From Styela clava (lineage: Eukaryota), in assembly GCF_964204865.1 (NCBI RefSeq), contig NC_135253.1, positions 4,960,001 through 5,024,000 on the forward strand: DNA of 64,000 nt, in the 5' to 3' direction. The notes beneath the pieces are model-generated. The model was not told where the DNA came from. It made no database searches and worked only from the letters and a program-made list of their open reading frames with translations. This document shows, piece after piece, positions 54,136 through 64,000 of the stretch. Each line of letters starts with the position of its first letter. Position 1 is the first letter of the stretch. Made by a program: the position numbers and the translations under genes.

Positions 54136-57100
54136 TTATGTATCAGTGGCTGATAGTACACAGCTTTATTAGGAATGAATGTGTACAAATGCCTGTTATA
54201 AAAATTGTGGTTTTCATTTTTTTAATTAACTAACACCGATCGGTTATATGTTAGAGCTTTTGCAAAACTTGAATAATATACTTTCCACCTATTAGATAAA
54301 TTATTTTGGCCCTGTAAAGTTCGCGTTAGCACTGAAGTACAGATTTAAATAGATACTAATGGAAATGACTTCGTTTCAAATTTCATTCAGAAATTAACTA
54401 CGTTTGCAAAAGCTAAGATAATGAATGTATGGGTTGCATCAATAATAATAACAAACTTCCTATTATAGGAGTCATATTTGCCTATGATTAAACAACAGGA
54501 TGCGCAAGCAATAGAGATATTTCCTGAAATACTCGATATGAATGGGAACAATATACACGTGGTAATACCAGGATAAAACAAGCGGATCGTGACCCTCTGA
54601 GTTTGTTTACGCACTCCATGCTAATGGCCACCCACTTCCTTCGTAGACTGAATACACATAACGTATAAAATGAATGATAGGCTCGGCTTTGCGGCAAACC
54701 TTTCCCGAATTAGCTTTACGTGGATATTTATTTAACGGCTAGCCAGGAATAGAGTATTGATAAAAGACGCGATCCATCCATACCCCATGCTTGGTAAACT
54801 TTGCTATTTTTGCATGACATTTGAAACTCAAAACCATCTTCAGTCTGGTTGTTTTTATTGGTAAATCCCGAATAGTCGAAATAGGCAATTTTTCAATAAA
54901 ACTTGGCAGGTCTCTGACAATTAGTCTACTCCCTCTTTTCAGCAAAAATATAAAAATACCATTGCCGTCTTATCGCGGTTTTGTCCATTGTCACAGAGCC
55001 CTCTCGCCTGTAATCAATCGCCGGGGGGCAATTTCGATGGGAAACTGAGGTGAACCAATGCCAAACGGAGATTGAATTTTGTTTTTATGAAGCAAGCCCA
55101 CAGTAAACCCGCCTTTTTGAAACAAATAGGCCAGAATGATTTTTGATTTATTGTCAGCCGGAAAAGGAGCGGCATTCCTTTAGTCAAGAGGAGGTGAATT
55201 TGCCTATATACGTGGGAGTGATGCTATTTCAGTTCTATGAACATTTGCATATAATTTGATGAACTGTGATCACTTGACCATACATACTTGGTTAACACCT
55301 CGCAAAGGAAGTCCAATACGTAATCTATTGATGCATATTGAGCTGGCAGTTACGGCTGTTACAGAACAGGACGCCTTTTTGTTTCACCGTCGCCAAAATT
55401 TGATTCCGACATTTTCAATGGGAAATATTATGCTTCTATCAATGGCCTATATTATATTTTATTCACCGAGGAAAGCGATGAAAACACACGACCATCCATG
55501 CACTTGATATGTCGGATATTGGCTAAATTGCTGAATGGATATTCGACAATCAAAACAATGGAAACTGGCAATTCGAAAATACAAATTTCCTTATTGTCCC
55601 ACTTCCCAGTCTTGTTTTTGCACAGTAGCAATTATTATACAAGGATGTTGTAATAGAATGTATTTGACATGATACTTTTTATAAGAGGATGAAAAAGTAA
55701 AAAGCTTACATAGCAATCAAAACAATGATACAAATCATAGAAATCGAGAAGTTGAATTCGGCATGACATCGAACACGCTAAGTCGGCTTTCAACCTTCTA
55801 AAATCTAGAGAGAAATTGGGTTATTCTAGTCATTATCTTGTGAATTACTTTTTTTTAGCTAAATTACGGCGCGCAAAAAACAACAAATAATTGTGCAATT
55901 TGACAGAAATGTCTTTCTTGATTGTAAGCAATGCTGGATTAATTTTCTCAAGCATTAAAATATCTGAGTAATGCACAGTTGTGTCGACACAAAAGTTATC
56001 TCGATAGGTCTGTCACAAATACGTTAAAGACGTCGTATATTCTAATATCGTAGAACTTCCCTTGCAAATCATTTTCTACTTCGAATATTCAGAATTAGCA
56101 CCTGTATAGACAGACTCAAATTTAAATGAGAATTCAAGAATTCGACCATTTGAGTGGTACAAATGATTTCACATTGTTCTTACTTCAAACGACTTTTTCA
56201 CGCCATGAGTCATTAGGGCATTTTTTCAACCTTTTTTGTGGAGCGTAATTCCAATGAAATATTCCAGATGCTCGAGGAAACTGTGTGCAATCGTTTGATC
56301 ATACGTATGCTTGTTGTCGTAAATCAGTACGAATCGAAAACATGTGAAACAACAATTTAACGCGGAAACCTGACTTCTGCGGAACACTGTAAAACATACT
56401 TAATATATGGAATAATATACCCTTGTATTTAATTATATTTTAACAATACACATTTAAAAATATAGATTTGAATAGAGTTTTTCGGATTTGAATTAGGAAT
56501 TGTGGAACATCTGTACCGTACTGACTGAATCCTGGTTAAAAACGACTGCATTAAAGGCTTTCAAAGAAGCTATACAACTGTTGGAATTTGCAAATGGCAT
56601 AAAGAAAAGAATAAAGTTTGAGAACTCATGTACTACTAGCATATTAAAAGCGTAGAGATTCGTGTTTTATCGCGTAACAATGTTGTTTCTTATGCTTCTT
56701 ATGTGGCCGAGTGGCCGATGGATAACCTAAAATTGCTTTTTGCAGCGAAAAACTTTTTGTAGCATATCATGAGAATTATAAATAAAAAGTACAAAATTGA
56801 AAAAAAAAGTCTTGACTACGCAGTCTGCATGATTGCCACAAGCTTCGTTTTCGTTCGTCATTGCTCAATAAGCATTAATATATAAGATATAATAGAAAAT
56901 GAAAACGCGAAACTATATGGATTAAAAAATGTTTTGTATTCAAGACGTAATTTGGCGCTACGCAAGTTTCGATGTCGTCAATTTTATCGAGTCACGACTG
57001 CGCGTTGACAAATCAATTCTGAATTATCGAATAACAAAAAAATACAGTTTTGATATGTCTAACACAGGTAACACGCAATCTATTTTTACAGTATTTAAAA

Positions 57101-58128
57101 TAGATTTTTCATTCCTAATCTAAATATCGCACTGCTAATTATAGGCTGTTCTAAAATTAACCAAAAGTCGCGACAACGTATCTCGACTTCTGTAAGTTTT
57201 GAAGATATTTATCAATCTAAATATAGAATTTGCGTCAGTTGTTAATTAAAACCTGAAGAGAAAGAACATTTGAAAAAATCGAAATTTTTGAAATTTTACT
57301 AATATTAGTACGAATTTAACGGTAAATATATCGAGTGACTCTGTCGTTATTGTCGGCATTCCGTCATTTACTAGAAATCGTCGACAATTAAACTGGATTT
57401 TTATAACTTGAGTCAAAAAAATGAGAGCGATATCAAAAAGTCTGTTGTAAACAAATACAGTAAAATAACTATCATTTCGTGGAATTTCAATTTGTTATTA
57501 AGATATTCATCGAGGGCGAATCGTTTTAACAAAGCTTTATACGGGAGGAAATAGGTATCAAGAAGAAAATTGTACACTCGAAAAAGGTTTTCATACATAA
57601 GAAATCAGTTCGTTTATGTCTTCTCCAACGATTTCATTCACACCATTTGTTGAATTTAACACCAACTTACAAGTCAATTTAACGAAATTTTAAACAGTGA
57701 TAAAGCACGCTATGTTGTATGATTGAAAAGTGGATAAAATTCTTACAATACAAAGAATTATCCTATATATATCTACCTCGTATTTTCAAAATATCTTTGC
57801 GGTCCGTATTAGGGCTACGACCTATTGTTATTTTGAGAATACATTGACCTGTTTTATATTTAAATCTTACGTATAGTTCGAAACGATAATAAAAAATAAA
57901 ATAAACGTAAGTAATTCACGGTCAATTCAAGTATAAATAGCATTTCATTAAAATACACGCTAACAAAAGAATTCATTTGAATTCATGAACATTTGAAACT
58001 ACTCGGAGAGTTAATTTGTTTATACGAGTAATTTCGAAAGTAAGTTGCATTGAGATGACGCAATGTATGATGCCGGTCATGTGTTAAATGTAGATTTATA
58101 AGTTTTACATTAATTAACGGGACGAAAC

Positions 58129-58336
58129 GGCGCTCCAGTAGTGTGTGTACCAATATGGAGATAACTGATTTTGTTGGCCTACTTTACATCAAGTTGTGTA
58201 AAGAGACGGAAGCCTATTTGCAGGGGGTATATTCACTTGGCTAATACAGACAGTCTCCAAACTCGTAATAGAAAATAGGGAAAATCGAAATAAAATTATG
58301 GCCTAACCCTAATCTGGTACACACACTACGGGAGTA
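58129..58336 (-). mobile_element. Second copy of the 21752-21958 family
   Basis: Reverse complement aligns end to end by eye; contains cctaaccctaa next to one inverted repeat. Confidence 0.85.
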
Positions 58337-61300
58337 ACACCAAAACACCGACAAATAGTGAAAAAATAATGAAACTAAATCAAATTTAAAATACTGCGAA
58401 TTTAGTTTCACCATGCCTGGTTGGCAAGCTTAGATTAGCCGGATCCACCGGAATATTGATCGTACTCCGAATACGTGCTAAAATGCAAAATATGGAAGTT
58501 CCGTTACAAAAATCACTGGAGAATGCAAGTACATGCCTACAAAATTTTCAAACATTTTTTTTCAATACAAATTTAAATGGTGATGGTTTATATGGGTTTA
58601 TGAATTACGATTGTTGTCCTAAGAATAATGAAATCCCAGACTTACCGTCTACAGAAAGGATTAAAGAATCAAAACTAGGTTGAAAAATTGGCTTTTGTGC
58701 TTGACGTTTTCTGTACAATTTCGTTGTAAAGGGGATAATTTGGTGAACGATTTATTTAAGATCGCATTGTAAAAGCTTCCTATTGTGTAGAAATCAGATT
58801 ACGTAAATATTGAGTGATAAAAGTATAATGCCTAGTACAAAAATTAAAATTTCAATTTTTTTTTAAGGAAAAGGAAATAATAGCACAAAAAAAGTAATAA
58901 AATTATTGATATCTTACAAATAAAATTGATAAATTAAGTCTCGAATTTTTGATGGTTTCAAGAGATTGGTCAATGAACTATAAATACATGTAATTTAAAC
59001 CCAAAGGTGTATTTTCAAATTCTGACCCCAGCTCAAAAATTGGAAGTTTTAAGTAAACTTGAGAGAACCCAGAAAGTTTTTCCGAAGTCAATATTTGAAA
59101 TGAAACGATCTTTTTGAAGGCCTGCGTAATCCTTGGCGGGTTATGGCACTCTATTCTCACGACCAAGATGGTGACTATGAGGAAGTACTATCTAAATCTG
59201 AAAGTAAGCCCGCCTTGATAGGACCAACTAGACTTGGAACATTAGAAAGTGGTTGCCAACAAATGGAAAATAGTTTAGATATAACTTATGATGAATGTGA
59301 CAACGCCGGCTATCTACGTTGTGTATCATGATATATTCTGGCAACGGGGATTATGTAAAGTACAATTCTGTATTAAGTGCATTCTTCCAGGAGTGAAAAT
59401 AGACTTGACGTGTAATGGCCCTAAGATAATCAAACTGAAGTTTGTTTATCATTTTGGAAATTCGATTTCATTTTCAACAAAAAACACAAGTGTGGTTGGA
59501 TTAATAGCACAAGCAAATACGTTACTAAAAGCTTTTGTTTAGAATGGTTCGTGTGTGTATTTATTATTCCTGAATCTATTTTAATGATTGGATATACCTT
59601 GCCCCACATCTGTTACCTTTACCTCTTTGCCATCCTCGCCGCAGTTTTTATTTATCCCACATTTGCCCAATTGTCTCACAGTTGTTTCCCTTGTCGCACT
59701 TGCCCGCACGTGCTTGTCTCATTGTTTTAGGATAGATATGCATTATGGGGAAATGATTTAAGTACGCATATGGATGAATTCATGATATTCTCTGGAGTAT
59801 GATAGATATTATGCTTTGGCAGTGGGTTAGAGTATTCATATAAAGTGAGATTATTGGACGAAATCATAAATATAAATATGTGGGCCGGACGTCATTTTGC
59901 CAACTGCAGTATCTATCATGCTCATCTATCATGAGAATGAGAAATCGTTCTGTTTCCGTTGCGAGTAGATCTGCCTCTGTATTTTTTCATGAAAGATTTT
60001 GAATTCATTTTTTCAGAATTTCGTACATTAAGCCATATAAATCGATAACGTTGGAAAAATTCCTTTGTCCAGATTGTCCCAGTCAGGTTTGTCTATTGGT
60101 GCTGTGATTCCATAAAATTTTCTACTGTTCTTGAAAGATTTGAAAACTACTACATATCAATTAATTTAATTTGTCTGCTATAGCTTATGACAAAAAATTC
60201 CGAAAGACGGTTTTACCACTTACTTGGCGAGGTGAAAAACATTACGCAGGCCTGGTTAAATATTCTCATTATCTTCAACGAGGTACGACGAAAAACCAAA
60301 GTAAACTTGACGAATATGCAACGTATGCTGTCGAGGAAATCAAATTTGCGGTTTTCTTTGACGTAAACCATTGTACTTCGCGTATCTAAGATGTCACTAT
60401 GGCAACATTGTAGTAAATACGATGGCAACGCCCCTTATCCACCCACCGACAAGGGAATTGCAGAACACGGAAATTGATTTTTTGAGAAACAGCTTTGTAC
60501 AGTAACAGAGATATTTCGTTTCTATGGCGATATGTACCATATATGTATGGTTTTAGATACATTACGTTAGTTACGTCACCTCACCTTGTTATAAAATCTG
60601 TTTATGAAATTATATGTTATGTTTCTTATGACCCCGCTATTTGAATCGTTTTCCTCTGAAAAGCGATGTAGGGCTGAAATATAGACAACGGGCAATAAAC
60701 AATTAGGTTGTGGGTGTGTGGCTTGATGGGTTTCGCCAGAAGTATTATTATCCTGCTTCTTAGAAGTCTAGACTCTAGTAAAGTCTAGTTGATTACATTC
60801 TCCCAGTGGGATAGGAGTTGGAATTATCTTCAGATTGATAATATCCCGAATACATCATTTTCTAATGTACAGCAGTAAACTGTACTGTGTTACGTCATGT
60901 TATATGATCAAAATATTGTTTTTTAACATTTTATTTTGTGGAATTTTTCACCAATCATTCGTAGAACATGTAATGACAGAATTGGAAAAAAAAGATTTTG
61001 GAATAAATCGTGACGAGTAAAACAAAGGTCAAATTTAATGACATTTTCATGTCCAAATATTCACTATCCATACTCGGAGTAAACATAAATTTCAAATAGG
61101 TTATACACAAACCGTGCTTGTATGACATAATTGATTCTATTCATTGCAGAGAGGAACATGTATAGTACAAAGATAATCAGCAGAATACATGTTTCGATGT
61201 ATGTAACAAGCTTGATACTCTCATCATCCGATATATCCACTTTAGAACATTTTGACAGTTTTGTAGAACAGAGACATTGGCACTGAAATTGTCTATACAC

Positions 61301-61722
61301 AGTCCTAAAGTAGCCGGTAACGAAATATTACGTAGACTATAATGAAAAAAAGAATAAACAAACACACACAATTGCGTAAGTATAGTTTATAAATGAATTC
61401 CGCAAAAACGTAAACTTTACGTAGAACTATACTGACGCAACAATGGATAGCCCCATACGGAGAAACGAACGTCATAATGCGTAACGGTGGCGTTGTCACC
61501 TGACGTAAAATTAAAACATAAAAATAAATCGGTGTCATATTTCATTTATATTCAATTCATGAGATTGAGAATATGAATATCAAATGAGCGTTATTTCTTA
61601 TAGTATATGTAAATTATACATAGTGGTCTCAATTTCTAAACACTGCGTACATATAAATATTACATTGAAATAAATTTAACTCGTTTTATTCGAATTTCAC
61701 GTATTTGATGCTATTTCATTTC

Positions 61723-61772
61723 TAATTTGCATACATGCACAGATAATTTGCATACATGCACAGATAATTTGC
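61723..61772 (+). repeat. 21-bp tandem repeat (2.4 copies) containing the octamer ATTTGCAT
   Basis: taatttgcatacatgcacaga x2 plus taatttgc. Confidence 0.9.
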
Positions 61773-62445
61773 CAGAATTGTCGCTTTAAAAAACTTTAGC
61801 ATTCCCCTTGTGCCTGATAGACCGGTCTCCAGTATTGACCTTTCATGTTTTATGCTTATTTATTAATAATATATACATATTATTATGGTATATTATACAA
61901 TAATCGTACTATTATATGAAACGATTGATGGATCTATATTTGTCCTAGACAGAATTTGATCAGCGTGATTGAATTTAAGACAGTCGCTATCAAGATTATA
62001 ATATTCTGCACAGTGGTGCTGGAAACCGAATCGTACAGTATGTCCGATAATAGACTTTGATGAAAAATGGTGGTCTATAAATTCAGTTAAATTTCCCAAT
62101 ATTCCAACATAGGAAAAATATTATGAGTTCTCTTGTGCGTGGGGATGTCAAAAAATTTTATATAACGGAACTCCAAAATAATTCCATTTGAAAAGAAGAT
62201 ATTTCAATAAATCTTCGCCTAATTATTTTTTATTATTATTTTTGATGGGGGGAATGGTGGATTTATCTTTTTTGTGATGGAATGAATATACGACAACTTT
62301 TATGAACGAAATTTGTAATATGTCTTGATTTTACTGCAAATGTACATAGGTTATGCAATATTATACATATGGATGCTTCATTGAAAACCTTTGTTAGAAT
62401 GTTGATAATTGCCACATATAGGCAAATCTAACATAATGCAGAAGA

Positions 62446-62713
62446 AAAGTCTAACGTGATATACTATAGCACTTCGTAAAATGTCAAAATATGGAACAGA
62501 CATATTCCCATCAGCGTTACCAGTTTGGCTTTTTAACGCCACATTTAGGAATTCCGGCTTTTCAAAAACACGTTTGTGTGATTGAATAAAAACATTAGTT
62601 AGATTGTTGATGAATGCCACATAAAGTTCAAAGGCAAGTCTAACATAGTGCCAGCCGTAAAAGTCTAACGTGATATACTCTAGCCCTAGCACTTCGTTAA
62701 ATGTCAAAAAATG
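62446..62713 (+). repeat. ~50-bp direct repeat pair about 215 bp apart
   Basis: aaaagtctaacgtgatatact..tagcacttcgt.aaatgtcaaaa.atg at ~62446 and ~62659. Confidence 0.85.
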
Positions 62714-63805
62714 ACACATGCACACATTTCTATTCTGCATTCAAAAATACCTTCGTCGTTATTTATTACCAACGTACTTAATGGCAGGTCAGCGTTTCTA
62801 GGCCGCTGGTCATGATAAAACATCATAGTTAAATACAGAAAAGAAGTCATCTCATTGCATCCGTATATGTAAAATATGGTTTTTATTACATCATAACAAA
62901 TCCTAACGTATCCCATGCCCACCACATCATTCAGGGCGTAATAAATCGTATAAAACTAAAGAACAATTTGCTTCAGTCAAAAATGACGCGTAAGTCATCA
63001 CGGCATTTTTAATGTTTTGGTGGCATTTGCATCTCTTCTGTCATATGTAATAGGTTTGTTGCAAGAATAGAGTTCGCGACTTTGCTTTGATAAACACTCA
63101 CTTCAACGTAGTTTTGAGGTTTCTGGATTGCAATTTATTTTTCATATCGGATTCAGTTTCAAGCAGTGAACAAAATGCCACGACTGTGATTGCATCAATA
63201 TTGTAACTGCGGAAGCTGGTAAAATAATGCACCAAAGAAGGCGGATATACCAACATTATTCTAATTTGATGTTTCAAATTTAACACAGTCAATCTTGTAC
63301 TTCTGAACTCGTTCAAATAAAAAAAAAATTCTGAAGTGGGATAAACATAAAGTACTTTAGAAGTAGATATGATTCGAAGCCACGGACACGTGCTATGAAA
63401 TTGAAACCTCGTTCCAATATAAACCTTTATTTTCTAAAGCAAATATAAACCCCTCAACAGATAAGAATATTGTAACAGACTAGGGTTAGCAAAAATCAGA
63501 AAATTATCGATATGGAGGTCATTCAGGAACAGCTATTCATCATTTTTTGTTTTGCCAAATTTGTTCGGTGGTTAGTTCACATTTTAATTAAAGACCAAGA
63601 CTTTTACAGGGAAAATTCTTAGGAATCTGAGAATTTACATTTCTGAATTGAATACCTTTAAAATGTTTTTGATTTTACAGTATTTTTAATAGTATTCGTG
63701 CTCTAGCCGCACAAATATTTGCATGTCACTCGATCGTACAAAAACATAAAGTAAGTATTATCGACAACCGTAAACACCCACGTTAAAGTGATTTCCAAGT
63801 GTTCT

Positions 63806-63900
63806 TTACGTCACTTTGGACCGGTACTTGGGATCGCACTTTTGCTTTTTACGTCATGACATACACCAAAGAGAATCAAAACAGTTTTTCTATATAAAAG
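63806..63900 (+). promoter_or_regulatory. Candidate TATA promoter with two proximal CRE/ATF-like sites, for a gene beyond the window
   Basis: TTACGTCA at 63806 and 63849; TATATAAAAG at 63891-63900. Confidence 0.45.
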
Positions 63901-64000
63901 GCGCGTGTATTCGGGTGTGAAGAATGACGGTCGTTACTTATTGTATCATGCCATCGATAACGGTCAATTTATCACCATTTTCAATTCTCTCTTCCTATAA

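Noticed and set aside
1-64000. Prokaryotic systems (CRISPR array, operons, defence or retron loci)
   Set aside because: The DNA is intron-containing and gene-poor; no repeat-spacer array or long ORFs are present.

Overview
AT-rich eukaryotic DNA with GT-AG introns; the encoded peptide suggests a stolidobranch ascidian such as Styela (inference). Positions 1-~12890 are the right-hand end of a head-to-tail array of a ~5.5-kb unit (period 5501/5502 bp). Each unit carries a five-exon, + strand gene that the ORF track only shows in fragments. Spliced by hand it encodes a 104-aa prepropeptide: signal MMKSTIILLLVAMLVVNSDA, a 39-aa Lys-rich peptide GFFGKVGKAIKKTVTSPTGKKVAKKLAQLTAKAALFGIL, a Gly amide donor, and a 44-aa acidic propiece. 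This is the layout of styelin antimicrobial peptide precursors, but the mature sequence differs from the styelins I know. There are two complete copies and the 3' end of a third. The remaining ~51 kb has no convincing coding gene. It holds hAT/Charlie-type relics, several MITE/foldback/Helentron-like elements, tRNA-derived SINE heads, micro-repeats and an excess of TGACGTAA (CRE/ATF-like) motifs clustering toward a TATA box at the right edge.
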